A stretch of 64,000 bases of DNA from Leucoraja erinacea (GCF_028641065.1 NC_073377.1:151714001-151778000); one strand, 5' to 3'. Numbered from the stretch's first letter, positions 1-12,753 are shown. The notes: generated from the letters alone by a model not told the origin. Made by a program: numbers and translations.

Positions 1-653
1 CCAAGGGTAGCTACCAGATGCAGAATAGCAGACAATATAAGAAGGATAAAAATCAAACTGATGCATCCTGCGGTTTTCCTAATTGCATCCTTTAGTACAG
101 TTGTAATTTCACAATGTGCAAAGCTCTTGTTTAACAATTGTAATGATATTTGCAAGACCAACTACAAAACAGCGGGTAATAAAGTGAATGAAGTACTACC
201 AGCATGTTCAATGCAAAACAGTGGTTATATAAAAATGACAAAAGTTGGCCTGACTTTATTTATTATTCAGGCCATCTGGTATCTGGTTTAATCTCTGTGC
301 TAATGTGCTCCAAAAGCAGTTGTTACATGTGACAATCTTCAGTTTTTAACATTAAATTCAATAGAGGTAAAAAAAATGTTTATAAAGCCAACACTAGTTA
401 TTTGGTCCATATGAATAGTAGGTTGAAGGAATGAAAAGTGTTTGCCGAGAAGGTCAGAGAGAAGCAGCGAGAGCGAGTATTGGCTGGAAGTAGGCGAGTC
501 AGAGGGAAAGAAGATTTAAAAAGAACACCAAAGGCCCAGGTTCAAGTAATTTACAAATTAGTCCTAAAGTAGTTGATTAAGTAACAGATAACGAAGTGCA
601 GCTGTAGCAGAGTGGCCTTGTTGAGGTGAAGTTCCTTGGTGAGTAAAATGTAA

Positions 654-859
654 TGCCCCTGTCCCACTTAGGAAACCTGAACGGAAACTTCTGGAGACTT
701 TGTGCCCCACCCAAGGTTTCCGTGCGGTTCCTGGAGGTTTTTGTCAGTCTCCCTACCTGCTTCCACTACCTGCAACCTCCGGGAACCGCCCGGAAACCTT
801 GGGTGGGGCGCAAAGTCTCCAGAGGTTTCCGTTCAGGTTTCCTAAGTGGGACAGGGGCA
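654..859. mobile_element. PIF/Harbinger-type palindromic MITE in the CR1 5'UTR
   Basis: Ends TGCCCCTGTCCCACTTAGGAAACCTGAACGGAAAC...GTTTCCGTTCAGGTTTCCTAAGTGGGACAGGGGCA with ~80-bp inverted arms; flanks TAA / TAT (TWA-like TSD). Confidence 0.8.
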
Positions 860-953
860 TATGTCTTTGGCTCAAGAGTCTTGGGTGAGGAGGCTGAGGC
901 AAGGAGGCTACTCTTGATTTGAAATTTGTGATTTTTTTTTGTCCACTGAAGAA

Positions 954-2155
954 ATGGCAGGCAAGTTGGTACAGTGTGTTTTCTGCAGGATGTGGGAAGT
1001 CAGGGTCACTGCTGGTGCTTCTGGAAACTACACCTGCAGAAATTGTGTCCAGGTGCAGCTCCTGAATAAATGTGCTGGAGCAGCAGTTGGATGACCTCAG
1101 GGCCATCCAGGAAAATGAGAGTTTCCAGGACAAGACCTACAGGGAGGTTGTCACACCAAGGATACAGGACGAGCAAAAGTGGGTGACTGTGAGAAAGAGA
1201 TGTAAATGTGGAGTGCTGGAGACCCCGGTGGCTGTACCTACTGAAAACAGGTACATCCTTGGGAGCGAATGACACAACATGATTGCGTGGTAGCCAGGGC
1301 TGTGATTCCAACCGTGGAGCCGAGCCAATTAAGGTACAGTGATATTTGAGTTACCATACAGCCATACCAAGAGAAAAAAGAACACAATACACACATAAAA
1401 TAAAAGTTAATCAACATTCCTGGAGGGGGGGGGGGGGGGGGGGGGGGGGAGAGATGCAACATGGAGGAAATCGCATCTCTGTCAAGATAAGTGACTGAAA
1501 TAAAGTATTCCACTATTCCCCTCGCCCCACATAGACTAACCAAGAAACAATGAAACATACATTTAAGACATACTTAAAACAGAGAACGGACGTGACAGAC
1601 TGTTGGCGAGGTGGCCATTACGGGCGCCACCTGTAATGACATTAGGCAGAGCCATAGTGGTGGGAGATTCCATCGTCAGAGGTGCGGACAGGAGATTCTG
1701 CAGCAGCAGGCGAGACTCCAGGATGGTGTGTTGCCTCCCTGATGCCAGGGTCCAGGACGTCTCGGAACGGCTGCACGGCATCCTCGAGTGAGGGGGAGCA
1801 GTTGGAGGTTGTTGTGCATGTTGGCACAAATTATATAGGTTGGAAGAGGAAGGAGGTTTTGCAAGAAGAATTCACGGAATTGGGTAGCATATTGAAAAGC
1901 AGGATCTGCAGGGTAGTGATCTCAGGATTGCTTCAAGTAACTAGTGCTAATGAAGGTAAGAATAGGAAGATTGAGGAAATGAATGTGTGGCTGAGGAGTT
2001 GGTGCAAGGGGCAAGGATTCATATTTCTGGATAATTGGGATCTCTTCTGGGGCAGGGGTGACCTGTATAAAAGGGACGGGTTGCACCTAAACTGGAGGGA
2101 GACCAACATCCTAGCGGGAAGGTTTACTAATGCTACAAGGGCGGGTTTAAACTAG
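954..2155 (+). pseudogene. CR1 ORF1 remnant: zinc finger + coiled coil + SGNH/GDSL esterase domain
   Basis: MAGKLVQCVFCRMW..CRNC, AIVVGDSIVRG, VVVHVGTN, DGLHLN; broken by frameshifts, a stop and an insertion at ~1325-1631. Confidence 0.85.
1325..1631 (-). mobile_element. Internally deleted copy of a non-coding SINE-like retroelement family (related copies at 11012-11797 and 18418-19215)
   Basis: Minus-strand head GGTGGCGCC.. and tail (tacagtgatatttgagttaccat) are homologous to 11012-11797; the GC-rich core is missing at a poly-G run; it interrupts CR1 ORF1. Confidence 0.6.
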
Positions 2156-2339
2156 ATTGGCGGGGGGGGGGGGGGGGGGGGGGGGGGATCTCGTGCGGGA
2201 CAGAGGCATGTGAGAGGCTAGAGGTGGAGGAGGGTGGTGTGGGAAAAGTTAGTGGACAGAATGGGTGAAAGGCGGAGAGCGAGGAAGAAGGATTAGTTTA
2301 AACTGCATGCTTTTTAATGCAAGGGGTCTGACGGGTAAG

Positions 2340-2895
2340 ATAGATAGATAGATATGCCATTTATTGTCACTATACATGTACAGTGAAATTGAAAGCTGCT
2401 CGTACTCAGTGCATACATATAATTTAGCACAAAAAACAAGAAACAGAAAAACAAAAAAACAGAAGGGAGAAGGGGGGGGGGGGGGGGGGGGATAGGTGCA
2501 CAATTCTGCAGCGCTATATACATATATACAGATGGAAGTCCGGGTGTTGGGCTGTGAAGTCAGTGCATGTGTGAATTTGAATTAAGAGTAGTTATAATTT
2601 TCGGAAAGCACCTATTTCTGAGTCTATTTGTCCTGGATTTGATGCACCTATAGCGCCTTCCAGAGGGCAGCAGGTCGAACAGTCCAAACGCAGGATGGGA
2701 CCTGTCTTTGATGATCTTCTTTGCCCTGCTAAGGCAGCGGGAGGTGTAGATATCCATCAGCGAGGGGAGAGGGCAACCAATGATTTTCTGCGCTGTCCTA
2801 GTTACCCTCTGAAGCCTCTCCCTGTCTGCCATGGTGCAGCTGCCATACCATGCTGTAATGCAGTATGTCAGCAGGCTCTCGATGGACGAGCGGTA
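2340..2895 (-). mobile_element. Rex1/Babar LINE 3' fragment inserted at the start of CR1 ORF2
   Basis: FYRSSIESLLTYCITAWYG...LFDLLPSGRRYR C-terminal RT motif and (ATCT)n tail at 2340-2353; CR1 sequence ggtaag..gcagatga resumes after it. Confidence 0.8.
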
Positions 2896-5179
2896 GAAGG
2901 CAGATGAGAACAAGACATGGATAGGTATGAGCGACTGGGATGTTGTAGCCATGACTGAAACCTGGTTAAGGGAGGGGCAGCTCAATGTTCTGGGGTACAG
3001 GTGCTTCAGGAGAGATAGGGGTGAGGGAAAATGAGGAGGGGGGGGGGGGTGTTGACTCTGTTGGTGAAGGGGGATATCACGTCTGTGTTCAGAGATGACA
3101 TTACGGATGGTTCGTCCAGTGAGGCTATATGGGTGGAGCTGAGGACTAAGAAACGGATGATCACCTTGTTGGGGGTGTACTGCAGACCCCCAAATAGTCA
3201 ACAGGAATTAGAAGAACAAATGTGCCGGGAGATTGCAGACAGCTGCAAGTCAAATAAGGTTGTTGGAGTAGGGGATTTTAACACCCAATATAGATTGGGA
3301 AAATCATAGAGTTAAGGGTTCAGATGGGGTGCAATTCCTCAAAAGTGTTCAGGAGAATTACCTTAAGCCATGTGTGGAAGCCCCCACACGTGAGAGGGCA
3401 ATGCTGGATCTAGTATTGGGAATTTGGGAAGGGCAAGTTAATGAAGTGGGTGTGGAGGAGCCTTTTGGGACCAGTGACCACAGTTCGATTAGGTTTAAGA
3501 TAGTTATGGATAGGGACAGAGAGGGTCCACGTGTTAAAATGCTCAACTGGGGTAATGCCAACTTTGAGGGTATGAGAGAAGGTCTCGCTCAAGTTGACTA
3601 GAGCAGGTTATTTGAGGAGAAATGAACATCAGCCAAGTGGGATTTTAAAAGTGTACTGAAGAAAACTCAGGATGTGTACATCCCCGTTAGAGTGAAGGAC
3701 AAAGCAGACAAACGTAAGGAAGCTTGGCTGACGAGGGAAATTGAGACGTTAGTCAAAAACAAGAATGATGCATGGGACAGGTATAGGCAGCTGGGATCAA
3801 GTGCATCCCTGGAGGAGTTTCATGTACTAAGTAAACTAAAAAAGGAAAGGGCAAAAAGGGGCCAGGAGATAGCTCTGGCGGGAAGCATTAAGAACAATCC
3901 CAAAAGATTTTATAAATGCATAAGGGGGAAAAGGATAACTAGAGAGTGAGTGGAACTTCTCAGGAATCAAAGAGGTCACCTCTGTGTGGAGCCACAGGAG
4001 ATGGGCAAGGTTCTAAATTAGTATGTCTCCTCTGTATTTACCGAGGAGAAAGACAGTAGGACGGAGGAAATTGGAGAGGGTTACTGTCAAAGTACTGAAG
4101 GTACTGTTGTGTTTGAAGGTAGACAAATCACCAGAGCCTTATCTGATATATCTGAGGACATTGTGGGAAACTAGAGTGGAAATTGCAGGAGCTCTGGTTG
4201 AAATTTACGAGTCGTCCTTAAATACAAGAGAGGTGCCGGAAGACTAGAGGGTGGCAAATGTTGTGCCTCTTTTCAAGAAGGGCTGCATGTAAAATGCTGG
4301 GAACTATAGGCCGGTGAGCTTAACATCTGTAGTTGGTAAGTTACTGTAAAGTATTCTGAGGGATAAGAGGCATTTGGATGGGCAAGGGCTAATTAGGGAT
4401 AGTCAGCATTGATTGATTTTTTTTTTTAAGACATGACCAAAGAGATTGATGAGGGCAGAGCTGTAGATGTTGTGTACATGGACTTCAGTAAGGTGTTCGC
4501 ATGGTAGGCTGCTCTGGAAGGTTAGATCGCATGGGATCCAAGGAGAGATAGCTGAATGGATAGCAATTTAGCTCCATGGAAGGGTGATGGTGGAAGGTTG
4601 CTTCTCAGACTGGAGGCCTGTGACTAATGGTGTGCATCAGGGTTCAGTGCTGTGCCCGTAACTGTTTGTCATCTACATCAATGATTTGGATGAGAACATA
4701 CATACAGGGCAAGATTAGCAAATTTGCTGATGATACTAAAGTTAATGGTTTTGCAAATAGTGAAGATGGTTGTGAACAATTGCAGTAGGATCTGGAACGA
4801 TTGGCCAGGTGGGCAGAGGAGAATGGTTGATGGAATTTAATACAGAGCAATGTGAGGTGTTGCATTTTGGGATGTCGAACAAGGGCAGGACCTGCACAGT
4901 AAATGGTAGGCCTCTGGGTAGTGTTGTGGAGCAGAGGGATCTCGGAGTACAGGTGCATGGTTCCTTGAAGGTCGAGTCGCAGGGAGATAAGGTGGTCAAG
5001 AAGGCTTTTGGTATTCATCAATCAGAGTTTTGAGTATAGAAGTTGGAATGTCATGTTGCAGTTCTATAAAGACGTTGGTGAGACCGCATTTAGAATATTG
5101 TGTTCAGTTATGGGCACCATGTTGTAGGAAAGATATTGTCAAGCTTGAAAGGGTTCAGAAAAGATTTACAAGGATGTTA

Positions 5180-5388
5180 AACATAGAAATATAGAAACAT
5201 AGAAATTAGGTGCAGGAGTAGGCCATTCGGCCCTTCGAGCCTGCACCGCCATTCAATATGATCATGGCTGATCATCCAACTCAGTATCCCGTACCTGCCT
5301 TCTCTCCATACCCTCTGATCCCCTTAGCCACAAGGGCCACATCTAACCCTCTTAAATATAGCCAATGAACTGGCCTCGACTACCCTCT
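5180..5388 (-). mobile_element. Young CR1 3' end, reverse orientation
   Basis: Near reverse complement of ~53800-54005, with (CATAGAAA)n tail and the GGCCATTCGGCC hairpin. Confidence 0.9.
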
Positions 5389-5389
5389 A

Positions 5390-5590
5390 GTATGGAACAC
5401 GTCATCGTGAGTGCAGTTGCAGCGTAGACGGAGGAATTGGGAGTAGGGGATAGAGTCTTTGCAGGAAGCAGGGTGGGGAAGAAGTGTAGTCAAGGTAGTT
5501 GTGGGAGTCAGTGTGTTTGTAATAGACGTTAGTTAATAGTCTATTTCTTGTAATAGACACTGAGATCAAGAAAGGGTAGGGCAGTGTCGT
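5390..5590 (-). mobile_element. Penelope-like RT fragment
   Basis: YYKHTDSHNYLDYTSS motif; homologous to 9070-9260. Confidence 0.75.
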
Positions 5591-5619
5591 AAGTTGTAGT
5601 GAGTTGTTTTTACAGTTTG

Positions 5620-6560
5620 GAAGCCTGTGATGTGCTCTCGCGATCTGTACTGGGTCCACAGTTGTTTATTATCTATATTAATAATTTATTTGACAATGCA
5701 GCTAATATGGTTAGACAATTTGTGAATGGCACCAAATTTGGTGGGAAAACGGACAGTGAGGAAGGCTATCTAAGTTTACAAAAGGATCTGGATCAACTGG
5801 ATCAGTGTGTTAAAGAATTGTAGTGGAATTTAGATTGGATAAACACGAGGTATTGCAATTTGCTAAATCAAACCAAGGCAGGACTTGGCAGGATCCTGGA
5901 GAGTGGCGTAGAGCAGAGACACCTAGGGTTCCAGTACGCAGCTCCCTATAAGTGATGACACGGGTGGACAGGGTAGTGAGGTGGGCGTTTGGCACGTTTG
6001 GCTTCATCAGTAAAGAGTTTGGCTTCATGAGGACAGGAGTTAGGATATCATGCTAAAGTAGTTCGAGACTTTGGGGAAGCCACATTTGAAGTACTGTGTG
6101 CAGTTTTGGTCATTTAGCTAAATGAAGAATACAGATAAACATTTACCAGGATATTGCCAGGACACAAGGGCATTAGTCGTAAAGAGAGGCTGGAAAGGGT
6201 GGGACATTGTTCCCTGGGGTGCAGGACGCTTAGGAGTTACCTTATAGAAAATCATGGGAGACATGAATAAGATAAATAGTTAGTCTTTTTCCCCATGTAA
6301 AAGAGTCCAGAACTAGAGGGCCGTGATATAAAGAGATTTAAAATAATCTGATGTTTAGTTTCTTCATGCAGAGATGGGAAACCTATATGAAATGAGCTGC
6401 CAGAATAAGGTGCAGAGAAGGGAACATTGGTGACATTTAGACATGTACAGTATGTGGACAGCAAATCTTGAAAGAGTTATCAAAGTACAGGACTAGCTCA
6501 GTTATAAAACCTGGTTGGCAAGGGCAAATTCTGTTAATGTGTCTGTGCTGTGTGACTCAA
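5620..6560 (+). mobile_element. Old CR1 RT / 3' fragment
   Basis: SVLGPQLFIIYINN, KFGGKTDSEEGYLSLQKDLDQL, PHLKYCVQFW; degenerate. Confidence 0.7.
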
Positions 6561-7739
6561 TGACTTTATAACTCTCAAATCCTGGCAGTCCTTTAATTTG
6601 GGCTTATTTTACATCACTAATTGGTATTGCTGTCTGCCATTGTGTTCTGTGATTTCGGTTTCCAGACTTATTGCCCTGGAATTCTCTCCCTAAACTTCTC
6701 AAGCTCTCAACCAATCTACCCCTCTTGCCTGAAGTCATTAATAGAACAGAGTGAGCTTTTGTCTCCGGACTCATGAGCATCATATGTGGGTAGGTGTCAA
6801 ATTATGATTCATCATGCCCCATAAAAGCATTTGGAGTCATTTTACAACTTCAAAGATGAACATTAATGTACAGGCACTTTACAAGAGTTGTCTGAAGAAA
6901 GGTGCAGACCCAAAACACCACTTGTCCAATTTCTCCTGAGATGCCGCCTGACTTGTTGAGTTACTCCAGCATTTTGTGTTTATCTTTTAGTGTAAACCAC
7001 CGTCTGCAGTTCCTTTTTATTACAAGAACAGAAGTTGCATTTATTTATAAGCCTGATGAAGTTTATTATTATTGTCATGTGTACCAAGATACAATGAAAA
7101 GCTTTTGTTTGCGTGCTATTCAGTCAAAGAAAACACTATACATGATTACAATCAAGCCGTTTACAGTAAACAGATGAAAGGTACAACATTTAGTGCAAGA
7201 TAAAGTCCGATTAAAGAAAGTTCAAAGGTCTCCATTGAGGTAGAGAGTAGGTCAGCCCTGCAATCTAGCCGATGACATTTGGCAGCAGTAAGCCGTTGCT
7301 TGCATTGTCTGAATTTGAATCGAATATTACATGAGTAAATTGTTCCGGGCATCATGTAGGACAATTTGGATCATTTGCAATGCTTCAATTGTTATTTTCT
7401 CACTTGAAGCAAGTACAGAAAAAATACTTTTGATATCAAACACCACCATTGAAGATCAAAGTCTGATTTTGGTTCCAGCTGTGTGCCTTGGCCAGTATTT
7501 CAAAGAGCCAACCCCAATGCATTTTTATTCATTTTTCTGTTCCCTCATTGTTACACTTTAACCTTGAATTACACACAAGCCAATAGCAAACTAACAACAG
7601 GTGAGGCAGGGCTTTTATTCCATCATTCTGGAACAACATATTTCCAGTAGGAAGTATTGTAGATTATGCTAATTGGGAATTTTTGATTTTAAGTTGCACT
7701 GTAGTGTTTCCAGCATCTGAAACTGGATGACCATTTAAT

Positions 7740-8035
7740 ATAGTCACACAGCATGGAAACGGGCCCTTTGGCCCAATTTTCTCATGCTGACCAAGATGCC
7801 CCATCTGCAGTCCCACCTGCCCACATTTGGCCCATATCCCTCTAAATTGTTCTAATCCATGTACCTGTCCAAATATTTTTTAAATGCTGTTATAGTGTCC
7901 GCCTCAACTACCCCCTCTGGCAGCTTGTTCCATATACCCACCACCATCTGTGTGGAAAAAAGTTGCCTCTCAGGTTCCTATTAAATAGTTCACCTCTCAC
8001 CTTAAACCTGGTTCTTGATTCTCCTACTCTGGGTA
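7740..8035 (-). mobile_element. CR1 3' fragment
   Basis: RVGESRTRFKVRGELFNRNLRGNFF homology and a CR1-type 3'UTR. Confidence 0.65.
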
Positions 8036-8170
8036 AAGATTTTGAGGTATTGGGAAGTGAGATACAAACTATAGGATACTCACTCTCTGATGCCAGTTTG
8101 GTTGAAGGTACACAAAAATGCTGGAGAAACTCAGCGGGTGCAGCAGCATTTATGGAGCGAAGGAAATGGG

Positions 8171-8201
8171 TGACGTTTCGGGCCAAAACCCTTCTTCAGA
8201 C
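8171..8201 (-). ncRNA. Minimal type-I hammerhead ribozyme core in the Penelope terminal repeat
   Basis: Minus strand reads GT-CTGAAGA-A-GGGT tttg GCCC-GAAA-CG-TC-AC: CUGANGA and GAAA boxes, 4-bp stem II, GUC triplet. Confidence 0.7.
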
Positions 8202-8327
8202 TGATAGGGGGTGGTGGGAGAAGGAAGGAAAAAGGGGAGGAGGAGGAGGAGGAGGAGGAAGAGCCCGAGGGCGGGGGGATGGGAGGAGACAGCTGGAGGG
8301 TTAAGGAAGGGGAGGAGACAGCAAGGG

Positions 8328-10270
8328 TTAGAAAAATTGGGAGAATTCAATGTTCATGCCCGCCGGCCGCAGGCTACCCAGGCAGAATATGAGGTGCTGT
8401 TCCTCCAATTTCCGGTGTTGCTCACTCTGGCAATGGAGGAGACCCAGGACAGAGAGGTCGGATTGGGAATGGGAGGGGGAGTTGAAGTGCTGAGCCACCA
8501 GGAGTTCAGGTAGGTTCTTGCGGACTGAGCGGAGGGGTTCGGCGAAACGTTCGCCCAACCTCCGCTTAGTCTCACCGATGTAAATCAGCTGGCATCTAGA
8601 GCAGCGGATGCAGTAGATGACGTTGGAGGAGATACAGGTGAACCTTTGTCGCACCTGGAACGACTGCTTGGGTCCTTGAATGGAGTCGAGGGGGGAGGTA
8701 AAGGGACAGGTGTTGCATTTCTTGCGGTTGCAACGGAAAGTGCCTGGGGAGGGGGTGGTACAGGAGGGAAGGGAAGAATTGACAAGGGAGTTGCGGAGGG
8801 AGCGGTCTTTGTGGAAGGCAGACATGGGGGGAGATGGGAAGATGTGGCGAGTGGTGGGGTCACGTTGGAGGTGGCGCAAATGGCGGAGGATGATTTGTTG
8901 TATTTGCCGGCTGGTGGGGTGAAAGGTGAGGACTAGTTGCGAGTGCAGGGATGGGGGGAGAGAGAGCAGTGTTGCGGGGTATGGAAGAGACCCTGGTGCG
9001 AGCCTCATCTATGGTGGAGAGGGGAATCTCCGTTCCCTGAAGAGCGAGGACATTTCCGATGCCCTGGTGTGGAACGTCTCATCCTGGGAGCAGATGCAGC
9101 GTAGGCGGAGGAATTGGGAGTAGGGGATGGAGTCCTTACAGGGGGCAGGGTGGGAAGACGTGTAGTCCAGATAGCCATGTGAGTCAGTGGGTTTGTAGTG
9201 TATGTCGGTCAGAAGTCTATCCCCTGCGATGAAGATGGTGAGGTCAAGGAATGGTAGGAAAGTGTCGGAAATGGTCCAGGTGTATTTGAGTGCCGGATGG
9301 AAGTTGGTGGTGAAGTGGATGAAGTCGGTCAGTTGTGTGTGGGTGCAGGAGGTGGCCCCAAAGCAGTTGTCAATGTAACGGAGGTAGAGGTCGGGGATGG
9401 GGCCCTGGTACGTATTGAACAAGGATTGTTCGACGTACCCGACAAAGAGGCAGGCGTAGCTGGGGCCCATGCGTGTGCCCATAGCTACGCCTTGTGTTTG
9501 GAGGAAATGGGAGGAGTCAAACGTAAAGTTGTTGAGGGTGAGTACCAACTCCGCTAGGTGGAGGAGAGTGTCAGTGGCTGGGTATAGGTTGCTCCTCTGG
9601 TCGAGGAAGAACCGGAGGGCTTTGAGGCCATCCTGGTGGGGGATGGAGGTGTAGAGTGACTGGACGTCCATGGTGAAGATGAGGGGGTGAGGGCCTAGAG
9701 AGTGGAATGTGCGGAGGCGGCAGAGAGTGTCTGAGGTGTCTAGAACATAGGTGGGAAGGGATTTGACCAAGGGGGATAGTATGGAGTCAAGGTATGTGGA
9801 GATGAGTTCGGTGGGGCACGAATAAGCAGAGACATTGGGTCTGCCGGGAGAGCCGGGTTTGTGGATTTTGGGGAGAAGGTAAAACCGGGCCGTGCGGGGC
9901 TGGGGAACGATGAGGTTGGAAGCTTGGTCGGGCAGGGCGTGGGAGTTGATGAAGTCGGTGATGGTGCTAGATATGGTGGCCTGGTGCTCGTCAGTGGGGT
10001 CATGGTCCAGGGGTAAGTAGGAGGAGGTGTCCGAGAGTTTGCGTGTGGCCTCAGCTTTGTAGAGATCGACGCGCCAAACTACCACGGCACCTCCCTTGTC
10101 GGCTGGTTTGATAACCCAATCTGGGTTTTTGCAGAGTGATTCAATGGCAGTGCGTTCAGGGGGGAGAGATTGGAGTGAGACAGGGGAGTGGAGAAGTTGA
10201 GGCGGTTGACGCCGCGGCAGCAGTTCACGAGGGGGGTTCCACGAGGAGGGGGTGCGTTGGAGGTTTGGTT
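8328..10270 (-). pseudogene. Penelope RT-GIY-YIG ORF with a frameshift at ~9015 and YIDD->YIDN
   Basis: Track ORFs 9009-10400 and 8328-9008 join into one protein if one base is restored in TTCCCCTC[-]TCCACC (FPSSTIDEA). Confidence 0.85.
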
Positions 10271-11011
10271 TGCGTTCAACCAGTTTGGTTGAGTTCAGTT
10301 TGGTTTCTGGTGCATTGTCAGTGTTGATCTCCAGAATACTTATGTTGACCACAGCAATGCCATTGAATGTCAGACTATATATTACTGTATAGAAAGCCAA
10401 TAGAAAGTTTTTGCTGTTTTGATATTTGAGTGCATGTGGTCTTTATTGCAGAATGCAAAGCTTAGTATGGAACTGATTCCTACTATGAATACCGAGACAA
10501 ATAATGCAGTGTAAAGGTGTTCAAATCCAATCATGAGATTGAATTTCTGAGAAATTAATTTAAAGAAAAATGTGCAAAAAGTTGAGTACAGAGAAAATGA
10601 AAATGAAAATATTGTCTTTAAAAACATTTTTCTGTAATGTCTTTTTGGGTACAAAATGTTCCTGTATATAATTCCTGTCCCACAACAATTTGGTTCATTT
10701 TCAACTGCTGTTTGAAAGCCTCTCAATTATGTTAAGCCAAAATGTATCAGGGCTGTTAGGTATGGCAACTAAACATATCGGGCAACTGGCACATTTTGTT
10801 TACTCTACATAGGTACTGGGAACGATCAACTCTAATTAGGGAGAATTAAACCATCTGCTCTTGTCATTCAATGACATTGCAGTTGCTGAGCTTCCAACGT
10901 CACCATTTAGTGTGTCACTAAAGCTCAACTGGTTCAGCACAAAAAATAACACTTACTGCACGGCCACGCCCTTAAAGCCTTTCTACCACCGGCAAGTTGG
11001 ACAAAAAGGAC

Positions 11012-11797
11012 AAGGGACAGAGCACATTTATTGTCACATACATCAATTGGTGCAGTGAAATTTGAGTTACCATGCAGCACACAAATAAGGTAAACACACT
11101 TTAGAATTTAACATAAAACATAAAAAAACATCCCCCCACAGCGGAATCAACGTTTCCCACTGTTAGGGAAGGCACCAAAGTCCAGTCCTCTTCCTCAGAT
11201 CACTAGTGGTTGGGGCCTATTGAGGCCTCCGCTAGGGGCCCGATGTTTCAAGCCCTCGAACACTCTCAGCAGCCCGGAGCCTCCGAATCGGCTGCTTCCT
11301 ACCGGTGACCACAGCTTCTGAAGTCCACAGGCCGAGCTGGGCGGAGATTCAACGCTGGCGACCTTGGCGAGAGATCCCAGGGCTCTGCGATGTTAAAGTC
11401 AGCGTCAGCTGGAAGCTCCGCAGACCACAGCTCCACGGTGTCAAAGTTGGCAGTCCCAGAACTCCGGAGCTCCAACACGGCGACCCCGGTAAGGCATCGC
11501 TCGCTCCGCGATGGAATCCAGTGCTGCGCCGCCGCTGCTGAGGCTCTGGCCGGTCTCCGCAGTAAAGGCCATACCAATCCAGGTGGCAGGCCGCGAGGAG
11601 GGGGGGAAGATGCGGCTCGGAGAATAGTCGCATTCTCGACCAGGAAGTGACCAAGAAAACAGTTTCCCACTCCCCCACATAAAAAAAGACTAAAAGATCT
11701 CCAGAAACAAACTTTAAAGCAGACTAAAAATAACAAAAAGAGAATGAAAGGACAGACAGTTGCAGGCTAGACAGCCACACTCGATGGTGCCACCACT
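11012..11797 (-). mobile_element. Non-coding GC-rich SINE-like retroelement
   Basis: Shares the core ggcgaccc(c)ggtaaggcatcgctcgctccg and the AT-rich LINE-like tail (acatttattgtcacata..cagtgaaatttgagttacc) with 18418-19215 and 1325-1631; no credible ORF. Confidence 0.7.
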
Positions 11798-11947
11798 TGA
11801 GCAGATCGTTGTAAGTCAAAAGTGCAATAAAATGCACTGTATTTGGTACAATACCTGTTGTTTCAACAACTTTTTACACCTTCCTTGACGAAGCAGCCTG
11901 TTGGAGTGGCACTCCTACCCCTGGCCTGAACACACATGTTCCCCAAC

Positions 11948-11986
11948 CAATACAATACAATACAATACAATACAATACAATACAAT
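11948..11986. repeat. (CAATA)n pentanucleotide microsatellite, probably a LINE tail
   Basis: About 7 units of caata followed by tttatttgtc. Confidence 0.85.
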
Positions 11987-12753
11987 TTTATTTGTCATGT
12001 GTACGCCATGGCAATGCTATCTACTAATTACAACATGCAGTGTCATTATTTGCCTGGGTTATTTTCTTTATTTAGTTTTGTCAGCAGAGCATGGCCATCA
12101 TTGATTGCCTATACTGAACTTGGCAGTAAGCTGCCTTCCAAAAGCGCTCCCGCAATGCTGATGCATGGGGATTTCAGGATTTAGATTTGGTGATGCTGAA
12201 CGATCTGCAATGTATTTCTAGTCAGGATGGGGTGCGACTTGAAAAGGAACCTGAACATGATGGCTTTCTATTTGCCTGCTGCCTTCCTCTATTTTGGCAG
12301 TGGAGGCCATGGTTTTGTGAGGTACTGTCAGAGTAGCCTGTAACTCCAATGCATTCTGCAAATGTCAAAGCTTGTAGCTGCAATGAATGGTTGGTTAAAG
12401 CAATGCTAATCAAATGGGTTGCTTCATCCTGAATGGTGTTGAGATATTTGAGAGTTGTTGATGCTGCACTTATTTGGGCAAGTGAAGAGTATTTTACCAC
12501 ACTTCTGACTTTTGCCATGAAGATTGTATGAACTTTTTTTCGCCTTCCATCACAGTGAGGAATGTGGAGGAGTCACTGTGGTGGATGTTTATGTTAAAAT
12601 GTATTTTATGTGTTCTGTTGCTTATTATTAGTATGACTATAGCAAATCAAATTCCTGTTATGTTGTGAAACATACTTGTTAATAAAGTGAATATGAGTAT
12701 GAGATTTTGGGGTATTGGGATGTGAATTATAAATACAAATATATCCACTCTCT

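Larger units (their letters stand above)
440..5178 (+). mobile_element. Near full-length degenerate CR1 LINE (5'UTR, ORF1, ORF2 APE+RT), with three nested insertions
   Basis: ORF1 runs from ATG 954 (CxxC..CxxC, coiled coil LEQQLDDLRAI, SGNH motifs GDSIVR, HVGTN, DGLHLN) to TAG 2155. ORF2 remnants include GDFN (~3270), SDH (~3473), VYMDFSK (~4475) and ISKFADDTK (~4715). Multiple stops and frameshifts; 5' boundary approximate. Confidence 0.88.
8106..10279 (-). mobile_element. 5'-truncated Penelope-like element (RT + GIY-YIG endonuclease + terminal repeat with hammerhead core)
   Basis: RT motifs IKPADKGGAVVV, TMDVQSLYTSIP, GVAMGTRMGPSYA, LRYIDN; linker CNRKKCNTC; GIY-YIG NVIYCIRCSRCQLIYIGET. 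Perfect 13-bp TSD CCAGTTTGGTTGA at 8093-8105 and 10280-10292. Confidence 0.93.

Noticed and set aside
1590-1631. HDV-like ribozyme at the head of the SINE-like family
   Set aside because: Only a simple hairpin (GGTGGC/GCCACC) is visible; I could not build the nested double pseudoknot.
1425-2491. Long poly-G runs (1425-1449, 2162-2187, 2472-2491; also ~24600 and poly-C ~28126) as functional G-quadruplexes
   Set aside because: All lie inside TEs; homopolymer length is unreliable in assemblies and nothing supports a function.
2560-3201. 213-aa minus-strand ORF
   Set aside because: Chimeric read-through of antisense CR1 sequence into a Rex1 fragment.
9009-10400. 463-aa ORF as an intact gene
   Set aside because: The first ~40 residues lie outside the TSD-defined element (beyond 10279); the rest is a truncated Penelope RT with YIDN and a frameshift.
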